Notes under the pieces: model-generated
What the model saw: the letters and a program-made list of their open reading frames with translations, nothing else
What the model was told of the DNA's origin: nothing
Database searches by the model: none
Position numbers and translations under genes: made by a program
In this document: in pieces, positions 12,263-26,348 of the stretch
How the letters are laid out: each line of letters begins with the position of its first letter
How positions within the stretch are numbered: the stretch's first letter is position 1
From: Anolis carolinensis
Lineage: Eukaryota
NCBI RefSeq assembly: GCF_035594765.1
Contig: NC_085841.1
Span: 62,727,636 to 62,791,635 of the forward strand
DNA: 64,000 nt
Direction of reading: 5' to 3'

Positions 12263-14632
12263 TTGTTGAGCTGAGTATACTATCAACTGTACCTTCTCTA
12301 CAAGCTCATTTCAATGATTTTTTTATATATACATTTTTTTCCCATTCCTTCTCTGGAGAAAAACTAGGAGAAAGTAATTTTTTAAATTTATAGCATTATT
12401 TTAAAACTATCATAATGTTGTGGGCAAATAACATTTCTCATACAGTGCAGCAGCCCTGACATAAAGTAGTGCCCAATCAAACAAGATTTGTTGTGAGAAA
12501 AACAGATGTTAACAAACCTTGTAGAATCATAGAAATCCTCCAGGATGTTTTGAAACAAATCTTCCTCTCTTTCTCCATCAATGGCTGGTGACTTGTCTGA
12601 GTCAGAGACAATGGGCAAAATCATCTTCATCAATAACAGAACCTAGTTGGGAAACCTCCCAAAATTAGATTACATAACTTTGAACTTTTCACAAGGGTAC
12701 TGATGTTGTCCAAGCAGCAAAATAAAAACAAAATATAAATTTCACAAGTAGTGAGACCAACTTGGGCCAACTTCAAAGCATGAAACACATCATGCAAAGT
12801 TTCAAAGCTCCACTGGCATTTTCATCAGAGAAAGATGTTAAAAGTCACACAGGAGAAAAATGATGGTAATATTTGAGTTATAGGCCCACACTCTGTCTCC
12901 AATTTTATTCTTATGGGATTAAATTGCTCTCAAGGGATTTCAGTGCAGGCAGAGGCCAGCCGCTATCTTGATTATGTGATGAGTAGGGACAAAGGATAGT
13001 AAAAGACAGTTAATAATTGTTTAACTCCATTGACAACAGAAAAGTAACTTCTTTTGAGCTCCACTGTCCCGTGTTTATAACTACTTATGATCTGAATAAA
13101 GTATTTCTCCCAAGTTCAGATTGTGATGAATTTGAATATTCTCAAAGTCCTATTGAAGCAAACTCTTCCCAGTGCAGGTGGTGGTGGCGGTGGCAGCAGC
13201 AAAGTATTTTCTCCTACTCTGAGCAACTCGATGTCAACCATCTACACTGCCATATACTGTTGTTTGAAACTGCATTATATGGGCAGTGTAAACTCATATA
13301 CTGTGTCAAAGCAATATATAGTGTCACTACATCCTATGGATAGGCACTACTTTGTACTGCTCTGTAAACCTCATCTATATTAAGCCATTAAATCTGCAAC
13401 ACAAATCAAACTCAAGAAGGGGTCACAGACTTAAAGCTAATTTCACACAGTGTGAGCTATATAATCAAAAGCTTGTGAGAGAATCTTGTCTCAATGAATG
13501 CAATGCCACTGGAGGGATTTTTCTCTTTACACATTCTCTATTACACATTTTCCTCCAAAGTAGATCAATTTGGCCAAACAAAGGGGTGATAACAGTAGGC
13601 CTAAAAAGATTTTCCCATGGCCCTCTTTTCCCCCTCCTTTCCAGTACATTGACCTTAAAATAGCACTGCCACACTATCCTTGACCTCCAGCTCAGTCCCT
13701 TAAAGCCAGGAGAAACAGCTGGGATAGCCCTGTAGTGGATTAGTCTGCAAGGAAAAAATAAGAGCCCAACATTTCTACCAGAATTAAAGAGCAGCAGCGA
13801 AGAACACACACACAGGCTGTATGTTTTGTATGCAGAAAGATTGATAAGGGCATGGGGAATTAATTAATGTAAGAAGCTCAGGGGTTTGATCTTGAGCCAG
13901 TCATAGAACGGGAAGAGGCCTCATAAGCCATCAAATCATACCCTCTGCTCAAGACGGGACCTGCAGCTAAAATGTCCCCAGGAAGACAGCCTTTTTCTAA
14001 AAAAGACACACAGAGAAGGAAACAGCCTTTGATGTGAGTTTTCCAGGCTGTATGGCCATGTTCCAGAAGCATTCTCTCCTGACGTTTCACCCACATCTAA
14101 GGCAGGCATCCTTAGAGGTTGTGGGGTATATTGGAAACTAGGCTAGTGAGGTTTATATATCTGTGGAAGGTCCAGTATGGGAGAAAGAACTCTTGGCTGT
14201 TGCACACCTAGGCCCAGTCTGCTCCCCTATGCAGCAGTATAGTCTATGCCTAATTCAGTGGCGAATAATACCAAAGGTCCATCTATACTGCAGAATGAAT
14301 ACATTTTGGCATCCCCTTCACTGCCCTGCGGCACAAAGCTATAGAATCCAGGGTGGTAGAGTTTGATGATGCACCAGCCCCCTTGGGCAGAGCAGGCTGA
14401 AGACCTCGTGCAAGCAGTTTCCAAACTGCACCGCTTATACAGCGCAGGTGATCCCTATGTAAAAGTCCCAAGCAGCTTGAAAACAATGGGTTTGGGCCGT
14501 GGCCATGTGCGTGGTGCTGCCTTGGGGATCCTGGTAGCATATCTGATGTGCTGCTTGTGTTTCCCCCTTCTTCAGGTGCACAAGGGAGGCCTCCCTCTCT
14601 CCCTCCCTTCCTTCCCCAGGCACTGCGTGCGT

Positions 14633-14885
14633 GTATTTATTTATTGTATCAGATGTGAACCAAGGGTACAGTTGTAATGTATTTAAAAACACAAAGTTAA
14701 ATACTTGGCATTATAATACTATAAGTCTTTTGACCAGTAGCTGGCCACTTGGGGTGCCTCTAGTGTTGCTATAAGGTTCTCCATAGTGCATGTGGCAGGA
14801 CTCAAGCTGCATTGTAATAGGTGGTCTGTGGTTTGCTCTTCTCCACACTCGCATGTTGTGGACTCCACTTTGTGGCCCAATTTCT
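14633..14885 (-). mobile_element. Vingi-type LINE 3' end
   Basis: A minus frame encodes ..GHKVESTTCECGEEQTTDHLLQCSLSPATCT.. (CCHC-type C-terminus), followed by a (TAAA)n-like tail. Confidence 0.7.
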
Positions 14886-15013
14886 TGATTTAAGGCATTG
14901 GCATGCTGGCTGATATCCAAACAGGGGATGTGCCAGAGATGTCACTGCCTTGGTCCTTTCATTGTTGGCTGCTACTTCCCGGTGGATGTCAGGTGGTGCA
15001 ATGCTGGCTAAAC

Positions 15014-15150
15014 CAGTGGTTCTCTACCTGGGGATCTCCAGGTGTTTTGGCCTACAACTCCCAGAAATCCCAGCCAGTTTACCAGCTGTTAGGATTTCTG
15101 GGAGTTGAAGGCTAAAACATCTGGGGGGACTCACAGGCTGAGAACCACTG
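15014..15150. mobile_element. hAT MITE (CAGTGGTTCTC ends) inside an inverted duplication
   Basis: TIRs seen directly; same family at 18114-18248, 44282-44399, 55350-55484 and 59759-59885. Confidence 0.85.
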
Positions 15151-16139
15151 GCTTAGCCAGTATTGCACCACCTGACATCCACTGGGAAGTAGCAGCCAAC
15201 AATGAAAGGACCAAGGCAGTGACATCTACGCCAACGCTTTAAATCAAGAAATAGTTGAGAACCACTGGGCTTAGCAGTATATTATCTCCACTGCTGTGAG
15301 CTGTAGACATCCTGTGATAATGTGGCATGTCTCATTAAGAGCCACATCCATTGTTTGATGTATTCCACACTGGGCATGCGTATTCAGCAGCAGAGTAGCA
15401 AAGCACAAGGGCAGATGTCTTCACTTTGCCAGTCAGCTTTCCTATGATATTATTTCTAACGCCCACTTTTTGCTTGATATTTATTTGCTACATTTATATT
15501 GCACCTTTCTCACCTTGAAGGGGACTCAGAGCAGCTTACAAATTAAATTTACATACAATATTATATTATTAGCATAGTACAGTACCGGCAATAAATTACT
15601 ATATTGTACTATATCAATATATTGTAATATTATTAGTAATATTACATGTAAAATATAATATATAATAGTCAAGCAGGGCTTCTCGTAGGTCAGAGCACGG
15701 TCCAGGGTAACTCTCCAAGTATTCTGGTGGACTGCAATGCTCCAGTGGGATTCCTTCCCAGGTAATCCCTATGTAAAAAGTCCCAAGCGGCTTGAAAACA
15801 ATGGGCTTAGGCCCTGGCCACGTGCGTGGTGCTGCTGCCTCGGGGATCTTGGCTGCCCCTCTGAAGGCGCCGCTCGCGCTCTGAGGAGACAAAGCGGTGT
15901 CCCCCTCCTGCAGGCGCACGCGGGAGGGAGGGAGGGAGGGCTTTCCCCCTCCCCCTCCTACAGACACCGCGTGCGCTGAGCAACGGCCATTCCGATCCCA
16001 ACCCCGCCCACCTTGAAGCGCAGGGAGACCTCGCCTTCGCGGAGGTGCGGGACACGCATGCGCACATCCGCCCCAAGCCCCTCCCCTCGCGTGGGAGGGA
16101 GGGAATCTGGGAGAGAGGGCGTGCTGACTGGAAGTGGCG

Positions 16140-16146
16140 TACGTGC
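16140..16146 (+). promoter_or_regulatory. Hypoxia response element (TACGTGC) of EGLN1
   Basis: RCGTG core in GTACGTGCAG context, 420 bp upstream of the ATG. The functional human PHD2 HRE lies at about the same distance (~0.4 kb, from recall). Confidence 0.75.
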
Positions 16147-16478
16147 AGCGCGGAGTTGGAGAGTGGCGGCGCAAGCTCCGCCCCCCTCGGCGCGAGAGAG
16201 GAGGGACGGGGTCTCGCGCCGGCCACGGAGGAGGCGGAGGACGTCGACGAAGACGCGGGTTCTCTCTCGCTCGCTCCGGCTTGAGGGGAGGAGAAGCAAG
16301 GGAGGGAGGCCTCGGCGGGAGATGAGGCGCTCCCTTCCCCTCAGCCGGCCATGAAGCGGTGGCGGAGGCGGCGGCAGAACTACTGAGGGCGGGCGGGCGG
16401 ACCGGCGGGCGAGGAGGCCTCGCTGACGAAGGGGTGGGAAGAGAGCGGCGGCAGAGCACGACGGCCATGATGAAGTGA

Positions 16479-17872
<1,394 letters not shown>

Positions 17873-20800
17873 CTCTAAACCCATTTACTTCCAGGTATTG
17901 CTTTTTAGAGAAACATTCACAAAAGATGCCTAGTGAGAGGTAACATTCTGAAGCCAAGGGTGAAAACTATTTCCCCATATTTAGGAGGAACAAGTGGTGA
18001 AAGCTGACTCTGGAGACCAGGGTTCAATTCCCCACTTGGCCATGGAAACCCACAGGTGAACTTGAGGCAAGTCACTCAGCCTGAAGAAGCCCTGTGATAG
18101 AATTGCCTTAGGGCAATGGTTCTCAACCTGTGGGTCCCCAGATGTTTTGGCCTTCAACTCCCAGAAATCCTAACAGCTAGTAAACTGGGTGGAATTTTAG
18201 GGAGTTGTAGGCCAAAACGCTTGGGGACCCACATGTTGAGAACCACTGCCTTTGGGTCTCCATAATTTGGAAACAACTTAAAGACACACAACAATTAGCA
18301 GAACTCCCCCAAAATCCCACAGCTCACAAACAAATCAGATGGCCACCTGGAATTGCCAGGCCATTTCTTGACCAAAAATCATCAAAACAGCTTCCTAACC
18401 ACTCCCACACATGTGGTTTGCACTCTTTCTCCCACACCTCAGAAATCTGACATGTTGCCAACATACTAAAGTGGCCCACAGGGAGAAACTGCCCCTATCT
18501 AGGTAGCTTTCCCAACCTACCACTCTTAGGTTGTTTTAAACTACAAGTCAGGTCAGAAATTAGACTTTTACATGCTGGCATGTGAGAGGAGACCCCCAGA
18601 CCACTATGACCAACTTGCCACATTATATTGACTCCTGTCCTTCCTGGAAAATGGGGAACAATTCTCAAATTCTTTAATGGGAACGTGATACATGCTTGAA
18701 TAGATTAAACCTTGCTTCCCAATAAATAAGCAGTGAGGTCCTCCGAAAGGGATCTAACAAATGCATTGCTGGGTTGCTGTGAGTGTTCTGGGCTGCATGT
18801 CCATGTTCCAGAAGCATTCTCTTGGACGTTTCACCCACATCTATGACAGGCATCCTCTGAGGTTATGAGGTCTTTAAACAACAAGCACATTGTTGTTTAA
18901 AGGTCTGCAAGGGCAGCAGGGTGCACATATGCTTGTAGACATCAATGATCTCTCTTCATTGATTTCCCCCCTGCAGCTGTTTAATGTAATGGTTGACCTA
19001 CAGAGGCAGTGATTGCAGTGATTGGAAGGAAGCTTTAGGAAATTAACATTCCGCTTTGTAATCAAATAAAAAAAGTAATAGTGGGTGTGGTCACAGAAGC
19101 AGTAAAGTGGGGTTATTCTTCATGATGAGCAGCCTTTTGCTTGTCAGTCTCATTCTCAGCTATGACTTACAGTTATTCTCAAAATCTTTGGGGGGGGGGG
19201 TAAAGTTTATGAATCCTGTCTAAAACTGACAATTGTGCTACCTACAGTTGTTTTGATGTCATTCCCTGTTTTTTTTTAATACTGAAAGATTTCTTGAGTA
19301 CCTAAAAACATCAGAGTCCAATAATCAAGGGACATATGCCATAGAAAATATGTTATGCCACACCTATTCGTTTAAAGGTGCTGAATGTATCACACAAATG
19401 AATTAGGATTGTGGGGTTTCTGGTGGTTTGCTTCATGTAAACATTTGAAGCTCAAAAATGTTCTTGGAGGGCATAGTGCCTGTTCCTCTGTGTATACTGT
19501 TTTGTGCTCTGTGTGTGTGTCTGTAATATAAAATTCACGCCTATAGGAGCTGTGCTAACCATCAGATCAGAAGCATTTGATGCCAGGAGTATAACAATTC
19601 TATATATTAATGTAACACTACCCCAGTGATTGGTTCATGAGAACATCAGTGCACAGTACCTTCTCGGGGCCTGTTTTTTCATGCTTTATATGTTAATATG
19701 ACCACTGGTGTTTGTTTCATGAGAACTTCAGTGTCTTCTCAAGGTCTGTTTTGTTTTTTAATGTACTATGACATTGTTGACAGAAGATATTGACCATCAG
19801 ACAGCAGGATAAACAACTGAACTTGAGGGACTGTTGTAACTTCAGAAGTAAAGCTGTTCCTGTCCCACTCTTCTACAGATCTTGGAACCAGGGAGAGAAT
19901 TGAGTATTATAGTACTTATGAATACATTTTTTTATTCATGTTCTGTTGGACACCTCTTGAAATGGGTGGGCATGTTTGTTACTGTTTTAGAATATTTTAT
20001 ACAACTGTTCTTAAAAATAGTATACCAAAAACTGGTATACAGCTAAATCTTAAACTCTTGTTTTATTAGATAGTTTAATATGCTGAAAGTTAGAATAAAA
20101 ATACATAGAACATCAATTCTAGCTACTGTTCCATGTGTGTTCTTTGTCTTCCTAAAGTCTCTTATCAGGCTTATGGTACTGGCAGCTTCTGGATTTTGAA
20201 ATTCTTGGTGGAAGAATTTGGATGTGCCTTGGGGACAGGAATGGAACCAGGCCTCCCACTAACCCTCATGTTATATATATATATATTCACAGTGAGCAAA
20301 GAAGTGACTGTAAAACCTTTACAAATAAATTAGCATAGGGTTTTGTTTGGGTTTTTTTTTTGGTGATGTTATGAATCAGTAAATGTCTTTATTTAATCAT
20401 GTGTCACAGTTCTGTCTTGTATCCTAGAGTGAGAGTTTAAACCCCTTAAAACCATTTTTTTCAATGTTCCACTGAATCTTAGCAATATTCTCCACATCAT
20501 TATATCATAAAACTACCCATGAACCGAAATGAATCTTAGACGACAGTAGCTGTTTTTAGGAACCCTGCTTCCTCTCTGGATAACTTAATGTCCGAAAGGT
20601 CTTACAGGTTACAAGTTGAATGGTGGTTACATGTAGCAACATTGAAGAAGGATTCTGGTAATGCTAACCCAGCTGGCCTAGTATTTTTTTCTGAATTATA
20701 TAAATCATTGAATGCCTTGAGGTTATCAATGCATATAGCAGTGAGTATGTTGTCCTGAGAACTGATATATCAAGACTTTCATTCAATTTATGTATTATTA

Positions 20801-23800
20801 GGGTTATAAAAATCTGTTCTCTATTTGGTGTGTGAAAGAGCATTCAGTGTTTAGAAGCTGAGCATGGCATGTATTGAGAACTACTGTTTATAGGTAATTT
20901 AGCTTATATTTACTTTTTAAAAGTCTAGTGCACCACTTGAAATTTCTAGCTTTCGTTATATAAAAACTGTGTAGTTTCTTTCTGTTTCCTACCTGTTACG
21001 GATCATGTGTGATTTTCCTTAACTGGACTCACTGCTTATTAGATTTCTGTATTGAATTTCTGACAGGTAGAATTTAGCATCCATACAGATTTCTATTTCA
21101 TGAATAAAACGATCATTTGGTGAGTGGGTTAGCTAATCAAAACTAACAGAGTAAACCCTGTCTAGAAGACAATTCCAGGTAGCAGTTGGATTTTATACCT
21201 TCAAAAAATGATGAATCAGTCATTACATGCATCACCTCAGTTATGCATGCAATCTAAAGACAGTCGTAAGTATGATCTGAAATGAGCAGGGTACGCCGAA
21301 GAATCTAATTTTAATTACTACTCCCTCCTCCCACATTCTCATTTTAAGGGGATGACTTCAGTATCAGCGAGTTCTTTTTATTCCTGACTTCAGTTTTGTT
21401 TAAGATCTTGTCTCTGTAGATTTCTGGAAAACTGAAAAGCTTGTATAGCATGATACTTCATTTGGTCTCATAAAAACATGGCTCTAAAATGTATTTTAGA
21501 ATGTCCCCTTGTAATCCCATGTCTTCTCAATGAGCCAGTTATCATTTTTGGGTGAACTTCAACATTTGCTTCCTTATGATAATATAATTGCCTTTCATGC
21601 TGTCACCTTTCTGGTCACTAAGAGTTGCAGCATCATAATAGTTTTCAGCACCTCAATGTTTTTGTGCATGTATTAATTTTGTCCAGGTCATTACTTTACA
21701 CCAGCACATTCAACAACTTCAACTAATTTCAGAAATTCTCTGGAAAGATGGCTTCAGGATTTTCTGGCAGAATGGTATGTCTTGGCACATGTACACTTTA
21801 GAATTAATGCTGTTTAACACCATTTTAGCTGCCTTGGCTCAATGCTAATAGGAGTACTAGTTTTACAAGATCTTTAGCCGTCTCTGCCAAACAGGTCTGG
21901 TGTTTCAAACTACAGCTCCCATGATTCCATACCATTAAGCCATGGAAATTAAAATGGTGCGAGTTTGCATTAATTTTACAGTGTAAGTGCACCCTCATTC
22001 CCAGTAGATGCAGATAAAGAGGGTAGCTGGAGGAACAGAGACAGGAAAGAGTTGTCACAGAGAGTAAGGGAGTGGACTTGACTACATTTATCTCTTCCAT
22101 CTACCACTGGCTTCAGTCCTACCTGCTGCTGGTATATTGGTTTCTTAACAGATTAGCACAGTTACATGGCTCTCAGCAGAACAAAGTTTTCCCACCACTA
22201 CTTTGAAGTATCTCTACAGTCCTAGTCTGTTCTTTATGCTGATTTTTAAAATGGTGCCTGTACTATAACTGCTGTTTGTTTAGACTGATACTGTTCCTAC
22301 TTGTAGTTTTTTCCTTCCTGATGGCTCAAAACACTTCTGTTTGGCTTTTTCTCTACTTTTCCTTAGGTACCTCTGTGTAGTGCACATACTCATGTTTTAG
22401 GTTTTTTTCTAAAACTCAGACCCTATTGCTCTTGTTTGTCTTTTTGTATTGTCAAAGTGGAGGGTGTGTTTATTTAAGAAAGCAAAAAAGTTGTGTGCCA
22501 ACTTTAAGACAAACAGATTTAATATTAAACTTGTAGAGTTCCCCAGAACCTTAGTGATTGTTTTCAATCTTTTGTGTTGCTTCTGTCCTTGTAGTCAGCT
22601 TAGAAGTTTGGCTTCTAATGGTCAGATTGCCCCTTCTCTTTTTCCTTCACAAAATCGATTTGGCTTACCTGGTGTGTGCATGTGTGTGTGTGTTTTTAGT
22701 ATCATGTTTTTCTGTTTTGCTCAGTTCTCATACTCCACTGAAGGTTGTCTTTTCAGTGTAACTAGTAATCTCCCATGCACAATACTTTCATATTTAGATT
22801 ATATTTATCATTTGTCTAAATGTTAGTGTGAGGGTATTCCTTATCAACTTGACTGAAAGTATTGTATATACTAATGCATATGTCAACATCATGTCTAAGC
22901 CAAGGGCAAGTTTTGAAGCCAAAAATATATAGTTTGCTTTGTTCTGTGAGTAAATCAAGGATTGAATATAGGGGCATGTAACAAACGGATCTTTTCTCCT
23001 TTTTAAAATGCATAGAGGGAATATACATAGGAAGAGTTAAAGAAAAGGAGAGGATCCTTCTATTTGAACAGTTATAGTGATGTGAAATTATATTGCTGAT
23101 CTTAAAATGTTGACAAATAATGATAATAATGATAATGATAATAATAACTTTATTTTTGTATCCCACCTCCATCTCCCCAAAAGGACTCGGGCAGCTCACA
23201 TGGGCACAGAGATACAAAGGAATATTAATGTAGGAAAAGAATAAGAATATAACCTGAATTAATAAAAAGGAGTGAGAGCATCAAGGAAATCAATTTGATT
23301 CTATTAGGAAAGGTTATGAGAAGAGGCAAGAAGCTCCTGCACCATTGCCACTCCCTTGGCCAAACTAGAAGCCTGGTGGGGTGGGAAATGGCAGCCCTCC
23401 CTTCATCCTCAATTCATCAGTGACATAGGGAACCATTTTGGTCTTGCAGTAGGCCTCCAGTTAAAAATAACAGTTCTGGTCTCTCTGTAGAGCTTATGCA
23501 GAAAGCCCTAACTAAAAATGGTCGCCACTGCTCCACTCTCCCTCAGGTGCCCAAAATGGCTCACCTGAACTCCTCCCAGGCTGAAAAAAAGATGTTGGGG
23601 AAGGAGGCGGACCTGCTTTACTTTCTCCAGTTTGGGCAAGGGAAAGGTATGGAACAGGAACTTCATATCCCTGTCTGTTATCACTGCCATTGCATTGGGT
23701 TCCTATTCCTGCATCGATCTGCGGTAAGCCAACCCACAATTTTTGGGGTCATTGCCTGTGGGTCTAGGTATGAGTAAAAGGTGGTTTTTAATATATGTAC

Positions 23801-25147
23801 AATAGATTATTCCTTATTGGCCTCTCTTTTTTGTTAAAAGGGACTTTCTTAAACTGTAGTTTGCCTTTGTGGAATAGCCTCTCTTTGATAACAGCCAGAA
23901 ATGGAACCTAAGGAATGTTGCTGTGTTAAGAATTAAATATGTTGGTTGACAGAGGAAACTGTAAGAAAGCCTTAGTATTTCTTGTTCCCTTATACTTACC
24001 TTTAATTTTCAAAAATCTGAAATTCAAAGCAAATGGACTGGGAAGTAAACATAGTGTAAAGAAAATGATCACTGCATGCTCTCAATGATATTTGTGTCAG
24101 CTAAAATACATTTTGTTCTTATTTAAACTCCTAAAACTTGGTTCACCTTTCTTAACTTTAGAGATCAGTCATATACGTATGTGTTGTTTGAATATGATGG
24201 TATTTAACCATTGTTGAGATTATACTTGGGAAGTTTGACTTTCTGTTAGGTATGAATGTTTCTTGCCATTTCTCAGTGATGCATATTTTTCAAATGTATA
24301 CTTGAGATCTAACCCAGCTAACATACATCAATGAATAAAGGACAGAATCTAGATATTCATACATCAGTGAATAAAGGACGGGGTCATAAAGATGACTTGT
24401 GGCTATGAAGTATTGTTAAAACATTAAAACATGCTTGTGATCCAAGTAAGATGAAAATAGGCATGTCAGTTAGGTGTTGTTTATTCAAAGATTGTTGATT
24501 GATGAAAATCCTGCCAAAAAAACCAAAACAACACTTGTGGGTACTTGATTCCTTTCAAAATAAATACTGTACACAATTTCTTTAATTGAAATACTGATAG
24601 AAGTAATACGGAGAATCTTAAATCTTACATGGTAAATCTCACACAATCAGTCAGAGAGGGATTTAAAGGCCAATCCCCTCTGAACAAATTTTGGAAATAA
24701 AACCTTATGATATGTTCACCTTAGAGTCATCAGAAGTTAGAAATAACTCAAAGGCACACAAGAGCAGCAGATGTATAGTATCTCTATTTTTATACGGATG
24801 TTCGAAAAAGTTTGCAAAATGGGGTAAGTAATACAGTAGTAGCAAAATTTAATCTGGAGTAAATAGTATGTTAATGTCATTTCCAGAATTCCAGTTATTC
24901 TCAGAAATACAACATCAGTAGTAATGAACAAAAGGAATACATTTATTTTTTTAAAAAAATCTGATGCAAACAAGAGTGAATTAAATGTATTATTTTTAAT
25001 TAGAAAGAGCTCTTTAAAGATTGGAATAAAATAGTGCTGAAAATGCTTGACAAGCAATAGTGCCATTTGGTTTGACTTGCTAGTGGGGTCAACCCCCATT
25101 CAATAGGTCTACTGTAGAGGCGGGTAAAGTGTGGCTTTTGGACCATA

Positions 25148-25470
25148 GGTAAAGGTAAAGGTTTCCCCTGATGTTAATTCCAGTCGTGTCCGACTTTTGG
25201 GGTTGGTGCTCATCTCCATTTCTAAGGCGAAGAGCCGGCATTGTCCGTAGACACCTCCAAGGTCATGTGGCCGGCATAACTGCATGGAGCACTGTTGCCT
25301 TCCCGCCAGAGCGGTACCTATTGATTTACTCACATTTGCATGTTTTCAAACTGCTAGGTTGGCAGAAGCTGGAACTAACAGCGGGTGCTCACCCCGCTCC
25401 CGGATTTGAACCTTCAACTTTTCGATCTGCAAGTTTAGCAGCTCAGCACTGTAACACACTGTGCCACCAG
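25148..25470 (-). mobile_element. Sauria SINE
   Basis: tRNA-like head at the right end (ggatttgaacc B-box complement), Sauria core (ccttcccgccagagcggtacctattgatttactcacatttgcatg) and (ACCTTT)n tail at the left end. Confidence 0.9.
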
Positions 25471-26348
25471 GTTTTTTTTTACCCTGAAAATCTCCTGGGA
25501 GGCTCCCAAATCCATTGTATGGGGTGAAGAAGGCATTTCACGACATCTCTCAAAACAATTTTCAGCATGCTCTTAAAAACTCTTTGCCTTACTAGGAGCA
25601 TCTTCACCCCCACCCCCAGTACTAACTTAGGCCTAGAATGTGCCGTTTTTTCAAACACAGAAGATGGGGAAATTGCCATCATTTTCCTTAGATGTGTTTG
25701 GAGGGAATATTGTTTTGGGGGAGATGGGAGCAGGTGCAGCTTTGTAAGGTCTCAGTTTTGCTGCCTATTAGACATCCCCTACTTCAATCTTTACAGCATT
25801 TGCAACTCATGGCTGGAAAGAGACTATGTTGGTGTTTTTGGCTTTTTGTTATAATTGTATTGTTTTTCATTTTATGGAATTGCAGTGCATTGAAAATATG
25901 TTGTACTTCTGGAAAACAGCTTCTGCATATTGGATTTCTGGTGGCTATGCATGATACTTCTTGAAGGAGTAAATAAAGAGAAGGGAAGTGTTCTTCTTTT
26001 CCCTCTGCTGGATAGAATTTAGAACATTATGTTCTCTATCTTCCAATACTAATATTTCTAGGAGAGATTAATTACTACTTGTTTGGTTTTTAAACTGTTA
26101 GAAAAGTGGTCTGTCCTATTAGAAAATGAAAGGCCTGCCCTGCATATTAATAGAAGCCACAAGGATGTTTTGGTAAGATGCATAGATTTTTACCTATGTT
26201 CTGGTTCTCATTCAAATGTCCACATTATAATCACAGTATGACAGTGAGCAAAGTACATTATTGTGAGATAAATTGAGAAACAGAAAAAAAGAGAACAAAG
26301 AAAAATGAAGTACATAAAGTGACTAGTTGCTAGATTAGCATATTTAGT

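Noticed and set aside
21270-21310. CTGA..GA...GAA pattern suggesting an intronic hammerhead
   Set aside because: It lacks the CUGANGA spacing, the GAAA core and supporting helices.
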